Assembly: GCA_964270895.1 (NCBI GenBank)
Contig: OZ185443.1
From: Podarcis filfolensis
Taxonomy: Eukaryota
DNA: 64,000 nucleotides
Strand: one strand, 5' to 3'
Shown: one piece after another, positions 49,499 to 61,651 of the stretch
Layout of the letters: each line of letters opens with the position of its first letter
How positions within the stretch are numbered: the first letter of the stretch is position 1
Made by a program: the position numbers and the translations under genes
Notes under the pieces: model-generated
Told to the model about the DNA's origin: nothing
The model's database searches: none
What the model saw: the letters and a program-made list of their open reading frames with translations, nothing else

Positions 49499-52400
49499 AA
49501 GCGATCATTTCTGAAGGAGGGTGGGGGGATATATTCATGGCCTGCCTGATTCCCCAGGATTAGGGAAAGCAGCAGCGTTAGGAGGAGGAGGAGGCATGCA
49601 TTAAAGATCAGTTTTTTAAAATGTGTGTATGTTCGGGTCTTCCCCCACCCACCCCACACCCCCAGCCTAAGGGGCGTGTAAGGGTGGGGGGACGTCAGAT
49701 CAGCTTTGTCACTCCACGTGGCCCTTCAAAGGACACGTGATCGGCCCCCGAAGGGCATTTGCATGGCAACGACCCGCGCAGGGCTGAGGAGCAGGGAGCT
49801 GAGCGCAGTGGCGCGCCTGCAGGCTGCGAAACACTGGCCGTCTTCTTTCACTGGGCCGCCAAGCGCCTGGTCGGTCTCTCACACGACGGCCGCCTGTTTA
49901 CAAATCCCAGGCACCCCACACTCTCCCCCCCAGCCCAACACACACATGCACGCACCCTGCCGCCGCCCCCCTTCCCTGTCCAAGCGCTGACTGCATTTTA
50001 AAGCCTGTCCAGAGTCATTAAAGTAATTAAGTAAGCCCTTAATAGGCTGTTCCGCCCAGTTCAAGGAAGAGCCCTTGGAGACGGAGTGGGCCCGTTTGTT
50101 CTCAGGCTTTTCTCACACGACTTGGTGACACGTCCATCTTTATGAGAGATGGCAGCCAGGCCTTTTTGTTTCTCCCGCTTTATGTGGCGGGGACACCCCG
50201 GCAGGTGTGGGGACTGGAGGCTGGCACGAGATTCTCTCTCTCCCCCCACCCCACCCTTTAAATTTTTCTCTCCTCCCCTCTGCAGACCTTAGGAGCCTCC
50301 CTCAAACCTTTGGCACACGACGGTCGTTTCTGTAGTGTGTGTGTGTCTCTCGAGGTTGTTATTTTCCCCCTCCTCCTCGCCGCTTTGGAGAGGCTCAATT
50401 TGTAGCCTATTATCCTATAGGAAAATATCCCATTGAAAAGTGTGAATGGTTTCATTGGGCCTAAATCTTAATAATGCGGGTCAAAGAAAAGAGGGGCAAA
50501 ATAAAGAGGGGATCGCAGCTGGTCTGAGAGTGCATTATGTGGTGTCACCTGCGAGAAGGGTCGCCTACAGACCCCCTATTCATTTGCCTAATTTTGGTCA
50601 ATTTAACAAACTTCAGGAGAAATTATTGTGGCATTGTTAGGGAGGGTAAAGCTTTCTGATCGAATTAACAGCATGTTTTGATCCGGTAAATGTCATTAGA
50701 AAGAAAGAAACAATCGCGTTTAAAGGGGCTGGGAGTGAAATGCGCCAAGTGGAGACGCCAAAGCGCAACGCTCACAAAGGGAGCAAGTAACTGCCACAGG
50801 GAACTTTTGTACACGCACATTGCTGAAGTTTTTACACAAAAAGGCATTATTTCATACTTGAATACGTCTAATCCAACAATTGTCTATTTTCTGCAAACAT
50901 ATTTTCACAGCATTGTTAACTTTTTTCCTAGGGCCTCTGTTCTGGCAGCCGCGCTTCTCGCCTTGAGAGCGCAAAGGGCTGTCTTTTTGGGGGGCAACAA
51001 GTTTGTCCGAGGGGGGGCCGGAGAGGGAATAATGGAGCTTGGGGAAGTTGCTTGCTTTCTTTTGAAAGGCTTGAAGAGGAAAATATCGAAAACACACAAA
51101 CAGGAACTTGAGGAAATTAGCTAAAAAAGAGGGTGTATCCTTTTCCTCTCCAAAGCTTCGGAGCGCATTTTCGTGCCTCTTTCAACTTTCATTGGCACCT
51201 TCTTATTTAGTTGTATAGGGACACCCCCGCCCCTCAAACAAGCCCAATTTACACATCGACTAAATGAATAACAAATTCAACTCAGAATGTGACTATAGTT
51301 TGCACGTCCAAATAAAAACATCACCTAGACTTTGGAGATGTGTGCCAGTGTATCCAAACTTTAGTCCGTTCCATCGTGGAAACGGTGTATTCTCCAAAGC
51401 AATATTATGAACGTGTTTTTTAAAAAAGAGTCAGAAATATAGTTTCAGAGAGACGTTCTGCAAACTGTTTTAAGAAATAGGTTACTGTTCTCCTCCCTGA
51501 TTTTTATAATTTTATGTTTAGATGAAGGAAACTGTGCCATTTAATATCTCCTAGAACTGTAGTTTTGGTTTGCTTTTGGTTATTTTGTATTTCTTTTTTT
51601 GATTGCTGCAAAATGCAAATTCAGATTCTTGTCTGTTTAAAGAGCTCTCGCTTCTTGATGCTTTGTCTGTAACCTGTTTTGTCTGCAACCTGATGGGTGA
51701 CTAAACAAACCCCTACAAAATGTTATCCAAAACTGTGCGTGTCTTGCACGGTTCAGTCTGGGGGGGAGACGCTCCTGATTGTTGTCCAGTTTTCAAGATA
51801 CACTGTTTCAGAAGGCTTGTAGGTTTCAGTATATTCAATTCTGCACAATGGGATTAGAAACTAACCGTTATCATCCAAATTAACTAAACTGTGAATAGTA
51901 AATGTGGGAGCTTTATTTCTCTCCCTCTCTTTCCAGCCAGTGGAGATGGAGTTGATCCTCTTACTGTCTGTGTTAACCGCCAGCTGCAGGCACCTGCAAG
52001 GCAACCCCCTTTTTTTTACACCACTCAACTTGTTTATTTGCTTCTTTTTCCCTGCCGGAGAATTGTGTCTCGGTCAGGACAGGCTTGGATGAGGTGCAGG
52101 TTCAGGCTGACAATGGAAGCTAGAAAGGACACATGCAAAGTGGATATGACAGGGGTGATGGAGCTGGAGTGCTGGAAACGTTATGGCATATTAAGGGGAG
52201 ATGTTTGCTTTTACTTCTGATTTCTAACGTTACATCTCTGCTCAGACTAACAATGAGGGCCCCAGACAGACATTATGAGCTGCTTTGGAAAGCTCTTGAC
52301 ACATTTCCAGTTGGAGACTTCCAGAAGTATAAGAGCATTTATCGTTTAACTCTCCAGAAATACACAAAACCCACACCACTCTTTTATTCATCATAAACAG

Positions 52401-53359
52401 TAGAGTGCACATGTTTCATACATTTAGAAATGGGTACTCCCTATGGCCATGATTTCATGTATATACATAGAAAAAGCTCCCTTGGTTTGTGATTTATTTT
52501 TAAGCACTTTAGCAATGAGGATTCAACACAGACATAAATCTGGAAAATGCTCTTGTTTTTCTTTACACACAAGAAACAAGGCAGTTTGAATGCAAAGCAG
52601 TTCTTTCCATCCATTTATTTAAAGGTTCCAATCCTCTGTGTATTTTACTTGGGAGCAATCTCCAGTGAATAGAATGGGACTTACTGTGTAAACACGCAAA
52701 GGATTGGACTTAATGCCTCACGCTAGCATACACCTGTTAAAGCGCTGCTGCAAACTGACACCGAATACCATACAGCTATTAATATATAATATTAATTATT
52801 TCTTAATTATGCGGAAATTGCATACATTAATGTTAAGAATGTAAATGATATAGAAACATGACATAAACACATAAAAGCACTGACACCAGCATTTGAGCAC
52901 AGTTGGCATACTTGAAAGACACCTCCCCCCATTCAAAACCTTATTGGGAAATTATGCTGTAACTTGCACTTGTTTTAATAGGCTAATATCTGGCAAGAGA
53001 CATACCACACAAAAGCAAAAAGAGCTTCTTGTTTTTACTTCAGCATTGCTTCTTTACTCAATCCTTATTCCATAGTAGCCATTTGCTTCATTTAAAGAAG
53101 GATCTTTGATGACGGGGATAAAGTTATAGAGAGTCATCCATAGGCATAAATGCAAGTTGGGGCTGGCAGTGAAACAATAATTTCAAATGGTTTTGGATCT
53201 TTGTTGAGCTTCGCACACCCTTATTTCAGATCCAATCCATCTGTTTTTGTTTTGTGTTGTTATGGAAAGAAATTGAATTGAGGTTCTAACACCCCAATCC
53301 TATAAATTTTTACCAGGAAGTAAGTCCCACTGTAATCAATATGTAGCTAATGTAAAGGC

Positions 53360-53575
53360 AGTGCTGTGCAGTGGTTAGAGTGCTGAGCTAGGAATCTGGG
53401 AGAGCAGAGTTCAAATCCCTACTTGGCCATGATGCTCACTAGGGTGACCTTGGGTGAGTAACTTTCTCTCAGCCTAGCCTACTCCACAAGGTTGTTGTGA
53501 GGGAAAATGGGGGAGGGGATTGTGTATGTCACCCTGAACTCCTTGGCGGAACGGTTGCATGGAAAAATAATTGTA
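53360..53575 (+). mobile_element. tRNA/CORE SINE (Squam3/MIR-like), diverged
   Basis: GTGCAGTGGTTAGAGTG box A, GAGTTCAAATCC box B, core GGGTGACCTTGGG. Confidence 0.7.
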
Positions 53576-54314
53576 ATCATGCCCCCCCCCAAAGGAACTT
53601 ATTCCCACATAAATGTGTAAAGGATGGGCAGGCCACAGGCCTGGGCAGGCCGGGTCATCCTCTTATATACCTGCTGGGATTGACAAGGCATCTGACCCTC
53701 ACCTGAATCTCAGAGCTCTCCTGACGAGCTGCCTCTGATTAGTTATCATTTAACTCTTGGGGGAAATAGTTAGCTTCACACGTCATGTGCATGGAAGTTG
53801 CCAAGCCAATTAACCAACTAGAAGGATTACTGTTAACAGCACCAGTTTTCCTATAACTTGATATTGCTAGATAGTTTTGATGAACTGCAAAAGCATTTTT
53901 AGTTTGCTTTCTGTTGCCACCCTGGAACTTTTCTTTATTAGTGCCACTTTGTTTTGTATGATTTCTTGTAGATGAAGGAAAAGAACCTTTCTGCTTGTAT
54001 ATATTGATAATATAATTTTGGTTACTGAGGACAAACAAGATTGTACAAAAACAAAACGACAGGGCAGGAACTACACAGAGCAGGGCCTTTTCACTGGTGG
54101 TGCCCTGCCCTCACATGAAGTTTTGGGTTAGCAATTTTGGGAGAGGGGAGACTGCCTGCTGGGGAGCGGGCGGGCTGGCAAGGCCCCCTAGATTTAGAGG
54201 CCCTAGGCTTCAGCCTACTTAGCCTATACATAAATTTGGCACTGCTCCTTACATTATGCAATGCACATCCTGGGGTGCAACCTATCTAACCCCCAGTTGC
54301 AGTGCCCCTTTCAG

Positions 54315-54630
54315 AATAGGGAATGGCCTTCCAGATGTTTGGGACTACATCAGCCCCAGTCAGCATTGCCAATGGACATCTGCAGGGCCACAGGATCCTC
54401 ATTCCTGACTTATAAGGTGATGTACATTCTCTTCATTGTGACCTGCCATTAGTTGTGCACAGCACACTTATCCAGCTCTGAGCCACTGCTGCTTTCTCTA
54501 CATAGTCTACACCTGCCTTAAGACAGCCTGGTTCCCTCCAGATGCTTTGGACTACAACTCCCATCAGCTCCAACCAGCATGATGGGAACTGTAATCTGTA
54601 ACATCTAGAGGTTGGCAAAAGCTAGCCTAC
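54315..54630. mobile_element. two small palindromic hAT-like MITE copies (about 54315-54407 and 54515-54630)
   Basis: shared CCCTCCAGATG...GGACTACA...CATC core with inverted ends. Confidence 0.55.
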
Positions 54631-54795
54631 ATTCTGGGTTTTTAATTCTGGCTACCTAATTGACAGATGAGAGGTTTTTCTCATTTTCTTTTAAATATAA
54701 AAATACACTCCACTGAGGAACTCAAGGTCTTGGGAGCTATTTTATTACCTTATTCCAACACAGGTAGATGATGGAATTTGAAATGAAGCCCATTG

Positions 54796-54892
54796 TAGAA
54801 TCATAGTATTGTGGAGTTGGCAGGGACCCCAAAGATCATCTGGCCCAACCCCTTGCAATGCAGGAATCTCAGCTAAAGCATCCATGACAGAT
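54796..54892 (-). mobile_element. CR1-type 3' tail fragment
   Basis: AGAATCATAG...GGAGTTGGCAGGGACC...CAACCCCTTGCAATGCAGG. Confidence 0.65.
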
Positions 54893-55296
54893 GAAATGTA
54901 AAATGTTTGATGGCAGATGAAATGTAAACTGTTTGCTGGCTAACACTGGTATGTATTTATTATCATCTATTTACTGTCAATCTAACAGATGACGTATGAC
55001 TTATATAACATGCACAATTATATATATATATATAAAACAGATAAAGCATGTTGCTGTTAAACAAACCCCATTAAAGCAATCTATGGCTGCGTGAGAAGTT
55101 TCCAAAGCCCACCTGAAAAATAAAACCTCCCACTGGCTTCAGAAAATGCTCAAGCTCAGAGTTGGGTGGACCTCTGGAGGAAGGCTGTTCCAAAGGTAGA
55201 GTTCAATCTCAAGAATGCCTTTCCTTCTGCTCTTGATCACTGTATTTTGCACATAGAGGTATTATCAAAAGCTGTATTAATAAGATTATCAGTATT

Positions 55297-55443
55297 CATA
55301 GAATCATAGAGTTGGAAGGGATCCTGAGGATCATCTAGTCCAACCCCCTGCAATGCAGGGATAGGCAGCTGTCCCATTCAAGGACTGAACCTGCAACCTT
55401 GGTGTTATCAGCACCATGCACTATCCAGCTGAGCTATCCAGGC
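55297..55443 (-). mobile_element. tRNA-head/CR1-tail SINE (Squam2-like)
   Basis: minus strand TAGCTCAGCTGG...GGTGCTGATAACACCAAGGTTGCAGGTTCAGTCC (tRNA-Ile-like) fused to CR1 tail ending ATGATTCTATG. Confidence 0.75.
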
Positions 55444-55683
55444 TGGTGAAGGTCTTTGTAACATGCAGTTCCTAAGCTATGCAATGATACTGGCAATGAG
55501 GGCTCTTTGCTTTTCACAGATCCTTTTATATCATTGGCAGTAGCAGACGGTGGGTCAGAACTTCACTTGTTGTGCATGCTCATTTAGTTCTTGAATCAGA
55601 GAAGCCAAGACTAACTTTGGGATCCTATACATGCTTGCTCAGACACAGGGCCCATTGAGTGCCAATGAGATGCACTCTCCAGT

Positions 55684-55839
55684 TGGCAGGAGCTGGGACA
55701 GAGCAACGGGAGCTCACCCTGTTGCGGGGATTCGAACTGCCAACCTTCTGATCTGTAAGCCCAAGAGGCTCAGTGGTTTAGACCACAGCGCTGCAACCCC
55801 TTTGACTGGAGCATCCAGGGGTCCTTTACCTTTACCTTT
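55684..55839. mobile_element. rearranged Sauria SINE (inverted 5' part + sense 3' end)
   Basis: single 10-bp TSD ACTCTCCAGT at 55674-83 and 55840-49. Confidence 0.85.
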
Positions 55840-56392
55840 ACTCTCCAGTAAGTGGATGTTTTATTTCTGGAGAATTCTGCAATCTCACTCCAGAATCTGC
55901 TGCAGTCTTCCCACCTCCCACACCTCTGCTTGGGACCTTTGTAAGGATGAGATACCCCTTAAGGATTTACTCCTGCTCTCCCTGGTGACTTTCTAGGGGC
56001 TGCTATTTCCCATTTGGGCAAAGGAACATGCATATATTTTGCAATTGGTCTTTTCTGAAATATTAAGATATTGCTGTCTAATTTTTTGTGTTTAAGTTGT
56101 ACTTTTTAAATTTATTTTTTGGTTGAGTTTTGTATCTGGGAATTATCGTGTGTGAACCGCCTTGGGGGTTTTTTTGGGGGGGGTGTTGAAAGGCAGCATA
56201 GAAATAAACTTTAATTATAGCACTAACCATCTAAGGAAATTATTAATAACTGCAAATTCAGTATGAAGTTGTTTATGGGAGCTGAAGCTAAATACAACCA
56301 CCAGTGCTAAATCCTAGGGATGTTGACATTGTAGATTTGGCTTGTTCTGGTGTACGCAATGCTTTTTGTTCTGTTTTGCAGCTGTGCGATTT

Positions 56393-56632
56393 GTGGTACC
56401 TCGGGTTACATACGCTCCAGGTTACATACTCTTCAGGTTACAGACTCCACTAACCCAGAAATAGTACCTTGGGTTAAGAACTTTGCTTCAGAATGAGAAC
56501 AGAAATCATGCTTCAGCGGCGAGGCGGCAGCAGGAGGCCCCATTAGCTAAAGTGGTGCTTTAGGTTAAGAACAGTTTCAGGTTAAGAACGGACCTCCGGA
56601 ACAAATTAAGTACTTAACCCAAGGTACCACTG
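56393..56632. mobile_element. Tigger-like MITE, family 1
   Basis: left TIR missing its first bases, right TIR + TA intact. Confidence 0.88.
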
Positions 56633-58225
56633 TATTGTAATGGCCATTGGCTACAAACAATCAAATTGATTGGGGGAAAACCCACCAGCTAGACTTAAAA
56701 GCAGATCTGTTAGAGTCACTGGATTCTAGCAAGAATAAAAAGGTCTTAACAAACTTTTTTGGGAATATGGGAAGAAGGGGAACATATGTTAACTTTGACA
56801 AGAATATCATCTAGGTGATGAAGTGGCTTAATGGTTAAACCAGCACCTGGAGTTGGGCTCAGAAGGAAACAGATAAGCAATGCTATTTGCCGAACAGTGG
56901 TCAGATATGCACAGGCCACTCCATATCCTCGGCACCTATAGCGTTTCCCACCCACTGAAACTTCTGAGTCATCTTCAAGGGCAGCACCACCTACAGTGAA
57001 TTACAGAGGTCAATTTTAATGGGCTTTAAAAAATTTATTTCCTCGATTTTCTCACACACACAAAAATCAAAGCAGCTAGCAATCCAAACATTAAAAAACA
57101 AAGAACACCCATGCAAAAGAAAAACAGCAGAGCAGATTGTCAAGATGGGAGAGGAGAAGCAGATGGTGCCGTTGAGCAGAAAACTCCACATCTCTATCTT
57201 CCCAAACTGTCTCTGAGCTTTAAAAAATACAAATCCATGTCTGAATGAACACCAGGAAAAACTGCCCAATGTAATATAATATATATGCTTGCTTACAGTG
57301 GTATGTAGTTATTGTTGTCTAATGACTGCTCATCTATCAAAGAGGTGATATGTAGCATATATAACAAAAAAAGAAATTTAATAATAATTGCAGTTATGGT
57401 GCTAGTAAACAAACCCTTTCATAGTAATTTGTTGCTGTAGTCAGTTTCCAATGCCTGCCTGAAGAAAAGTACCTTCCATTGGCTTCAAAAAATGTTCAAG
57501 CTCAGATTTTGGTGGAGGTCCAGAAGGAGGCTGTTCTAAAGGAACATCCTTTCTACACAACTAGAGGCACGACCCTGGTAATGTGCTTGGCAATAAAGCT
57601 TTCATCATGAACCTGCTGAAGGCTCTTTCTATATGCCAGGCCACCTGCAATTATTTTCTCCTAGGGCCAGTTTTTTAAAATGTGCCAAGAGATGGCTACA
57701 AGCCCCAATAATCTCGCTCCTTGTCTCCTCCGCAATAATCTCCCTCCTTGGATGACCTGCACATGTGTGTCCTGTGGGCAAGAGGGTGGGGCAGCCACAG
57801 TCCTGTCCTGTCTAAAAAAGCTGATCTGAATTTGTTCCTATCATGCAGCTATTAGAGAAGAGGAGCTCTGCCAGAAAAACAGCTTGGCAACTCAACCAGA
57901 GCAAACCAGTATTAGGGGCCTGGGGTAGACAGGGTGTTCTTGTTCTCCTAGCTGTGTTTAGGAAATCCAACAAGACTCCACAGGCTTGTACATTTCTTCT
58001 TCATCGTCCTCTCACATGCAAACTCAGCTAGTGTTGCCAATCCTTCTCTTAACCCTGGTTCAAGCCTCTGCCTGAAAACTAGCCATGGTTAGCATTAATA
58101 TTGGCAGAAATGGAGCTGAGCAGCATGATTACCTCTGAAAAGAGAAAGGAAGGGAGTTTGCATAGCAGAGGAGAAGGAGGGAGAGGTGAAGCACACAGGT
58201 TTTCTTGCTCTCTTAACCCTGGTTA

Positions 58226-58580
58226 AAGGTAAAGATAAAGGGACCCCTGACCATTAGGTCCAGTCATGGCCGACTCTCGGGTTGTGGTGTTCATCTCGCT
58301 TTTTTGGCCAAGGGAGTCGTCGTACAGCTTCTGGGTCATGTGGCCAGCATGACTAAGCCGCTTCTAGCGAACCAGAGCAGTGCATGGAAATGCTGTTTAC
58401 CTTCCCGCTGGAGCGGTACCTATTTATCTACTTGCACTTTGATGTGCTTTCAAACTGCTAGGTTGGCAGGAGCAGGGACCGAGCAACAGGAGCTCACCCT
58501 GTCACGGGGATTTGAACCGCCGACCTTCTGATCAGCAAATCCCAGGCTCTGTGGTTTAACTCACAGCGCCACCCACGTCC
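58226..58580 (-). mobile_element. Sauria SINE, full length
   Basis: homologous to 44166-44516 in reverse. Confidence 0.9.
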
Positions 58581-60175
58581 TTGGTTAGGAAGTCAGAAAT
58601 CATACATGTGCAATAGGTCAATGTCAAGGTGCTAAGGATGAGTGCAGAACCCATATCCCCGGCATTTTATATTTTATGATCCCTGAATGGCTCACATTTA
58701 GTTAGAACTGCCTGATGCAAAATTTAACATGGCTGTATGTGCAGTCCCTGTCCTGTAAATCATATGCCATTCCAACAGATAAACTAGACATGTCTGGAAC
58801 CTGAATGGCTCCTATATGTTTAAGAGCAGCTTGAGCTACAGTAGCCTTCCCTGGCTTGGTGCGCTGCCAATGCTTTGGAGTACAACTGTAAACCGCCCTG
58901 AAATCTACAGATGAAGGGCAATATACAAATGTAATAAATAATAACAATAATAATAACCATGCAGGCTGCGGTAGATAGAAATTGCAGTCCGAGATAAGGG
59001 GAGGGCAGCAGGTTGGGGGAAGGCTGACCTATAGAAATCAGCAGATGAAACTTTTCAAGGCAATGAGATAAGCATTATTCTCCGCCAATGATGGCAGAAA
59101 GGCACCAGAGCAGAACCCAGTTAAAAGCTGGTGACCTTATAGTTCCTGTGGATTTGACCAACTACCCAAGGCAGAAATACCTTTTTAAATCTAATTTTGG
59201 TAAATTTATACCCAGTTTCTATAAGAATCTAGCTTCAAACCCAGGCATAGAGGGATGCTCTGGTCATACTGCCACCAGGTGGACAATGCTAGACCCTAAT
59301 TAACAGTTGTAGACATTAGGCAGCCTTCCCTCTTCCTAGTGATGAGGTCAGGTTAACATAGAAGGGGAAGCAGCGAACAAAGTGCAGTCTGAGCACTATT
59401 ATCCATATTGTGCTTCCGCAACTGTCTTCCAAGTGTTGTTGTTCATTTGCTGTGCCTTCTCTGGTTTCGTTTTTGTATCACTACTGATGCAAAACAATAA
59501 ACGATAGGTGCAAATGATAACTTGACAACTCTACCCATCTCCACCACCCTCTAAGAGAAGCAGAAATGTATCATCTTGTTTTATTGCCAGAATTCCCCCC
59601 CCCGACTTTTAATTTTTAATAATCACATCTATCCACAAAAAAAGACTAATAAAACAAGGAGAAATTTGATAAATGCGGCTTTTTCTATCCGTACTGGCAA
59701 AAATCCACCCTTCTGAATTTCTGCCACTCATGTAGTTGTAAAAGATAAAGGAAAACATATGCAGTACCAATTACCCTATTTAAAAATATTAATTACTCTC
59801 CCTGAACTCTGATGGTGAGGCACAAATTCTAACAATAGCATTTACAGACTTTTAAAAGAGTCCAGTACAAGGGGCAGGGTGTATACACACTCCCCATTAG
59901 GAATGCCGATTATATTATTAACCTATGCTCTTGTGCTTTTTACAGCATCTTAATTTGCAGACATTAGCAGGCGATAATGCTAACTTTGAAACCTTCTACT
60001 GAAATCTTCTACAGAAGAGTCAAGTTATATTCTGCAGGGGGACAGCCTAACTAGATTAAGAACAGGGACGGTAGCTGGTTAACATCTGTAACCCTGGTAG
60101 GGGTGTTCTGGTGTAAAATGCTAGATCAGTCCAAAATAAGAATGAACTCATCAATTCTTTGATTGTGGATGAGTG

Positions 60176-60416
60176 GGGCTGGCCTGGTGTAGTGGTTAAG
60201 AGCGGTAGTCTCGTAAACTGGGTTCGCGTCTCCGCTCTTCCACATGCAGCTGCTGGGTGACCTTGGGCCAGCCACACTTCTTCGAAGTCTCTCAGCCCCA
60301 CTCACCTCACAGAGTGTTTGTTGTGGGGGAGGAAGGGAAAGGAGAATGTCAGCCGCTTTGAGACTCCTTAAAGGGAGTGAAAGGCAGGATATCAAATCCA
60401 AACTCTTCTCTTCTTT
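60176..60416 (+). mobile_element. Squam3-like SINE
   Basis: close match to 6512-6776 with a small head deletion. Confidence 0.8.
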
Positions 60417-60444
60417 TGCATTACTCATAGCACATATACAAACA

Positions 60445-60510
60445 GTGTGCATGCACACGAAAGCTCATACCAAGAACAAACTTAGTTGGTCTCTAAGGTG
60501 CTACTGGACA
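60445..60510 (+). mobile_element. Penelope-like terminal arm
   Basis: GTGTGCATGCACACGAAAGCTCATACCAAGAACAAACTTAGTTGGTCTCTAAGGTGCTACTGGAC; repeated twice at 61255-61651. Confidence 0.55.
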
Positions 60511-60537
60511 TTTTATATATTTACAGATGTACAGTAC

Positions 60538-61058
60538 AAAAGCAATGACAAACCTAGACAGCATCTTAAAAAGCAGAGACATCACCTTGCCAACAAAGGT
60601 CCGGGTAGTTAAAGCTATGGTTTTCCCAGTAGTGATGTATGGAAGTGAGAGCTGGACCATAAAGAAGGCTCATCGCCGAAGAAGTGATGCTTTTGAATTA
60701 TGGTGCTGGAGGAGACTCTTGAGAGTCCCATAGATTGCAAGAAGATCAAACCTATCCATTCTGAAAGAAATCAGCCCTGAGTGCTCACTGGAAGGACAGA
60801 TCCTGAAGCTGAGACTCCAATACTTTGGCCACCTCATGAGAAGAGAAGACTCCCTGGAAAAGACCCTGATGTTGGGAAAGATTGAGGGCACAAGGAGAAG
60901 GGGACGACAGAGGACAAGATGGCTGGACAGTGTTCTCGAAGATACCAGCATGAGTTTGACCAAACTGCGGGAGGCAGTGGAAGACAGGAATGCCTGGCGT
61001 GCTCTGGTCCATGGGGTCACGAAGAGTCGGACACGACTAAATGACTAAACAACAACAA
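60538..61058 (+). mobile_element. Bov-B/RTE LINE 3' fragment
   Basis: homologous to 17410-17933; TGG>TAG stop at about 60730; 9-bp TSD GTACAG(T/C)AC at 60529-37 and 61059-67. Confidence 0.95.
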
Positions 61059-61092
61059 GTACAGCACCAGTTCCTTTAAGCATTTAGGCACA

Positions 61093-61235
61093 GGCTGTAG
61101 CTCAGTGCCAGAGCACACGCTTTGTATGCAAAGGGCCTCAGGTTCAATCTCTGGCATTTCCAGGTAGGGCTAGGAAGGATTTCATCCTGAAACCCTGGGC
61201 TGCTGCCAATCAGTGTTAATAATCCTGGGCTAAAT
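61093..61235 (+). mobile_element. tRNA-Ala-like SINE, truncated
   Basis: GCTGTAGCTCAGTG box A, GGTTCAATCTC box B; matching family tail alone at about 44546-44590. Confidence 0.6.
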
Positions 61236-61254
61236 ATATATATAAATAAATAAA

Positions 61255-61651
61255 TTGTCCAGTAGCACCTTAGAGACCAACTAAGTTTGTTCTTGGTATA
61301 AGCTTGGTATAAGCACTTCTTCAGATACCTGTGCGTGCACACGAAAGCTTATACCAGGGGTCAGCAAACTTTTTCAGCAGGAGGCCGGTCCACTGTCCCT
61401 CAGACTTTGTGGGGGGCTGGACTATTTTTTTGGGGGGGAATGAACAAATTCCTATGCCCCACAAATAACCCAGAGATGCATTTTAAATAAAAGTACACAT
61501 TCTACTCATGTAAAAACACCCTGATTCCCGGACCATCCATAGGCTGGATTGAGAAGGCGATTGGGCCAGATCCGGCCCCCGGGCCTTAATTTGCCTACCC
61601 ATGGCTTATACCAAGAACAAACTTAGTTGGTCTCTAAGGTGCTACTGGACA
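61255..61651. mobile_element. inverted pair of Penelope-like arms, right arm split by a hAT MITE
   Basis: left arm 61255-61328 inverted; right arm 61330-61354 + 61604-61651. Confidence 0.6.
61355..61603 (+). mobile_element. hAT (Charlie-like) MITE
   Basis: TIRs CAGGGGTCAGCAAACT / CATGGGTAGGCAAATT; perfect 8-bp TSD GCTTATAC at 61347-54 and 61604-11. Confidence 0.9.

Larger units (their letters stand above)
47950..51200. promoter_or_regulatory. CpG-rich, repeat-poor HELT promoter/gene-body domain
   Basis: raised CpG content and no recognised young TEs; boundaries approximate. Confidence 0.65.

Noticed and set aside
55385-55443. tRNA genes here and at 6512, 53360, 61093
   Set aside because: tRNA-like heads are fused to LINE-derived tails and lack intact cloverleaf ends, so they are SINEs
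59272-59285. CTCF-like CCACCAGGTGGACA (and CCACTAGAGGGTT near 8130)
   Set aside because: Mismatch in the near-invariant GGC core
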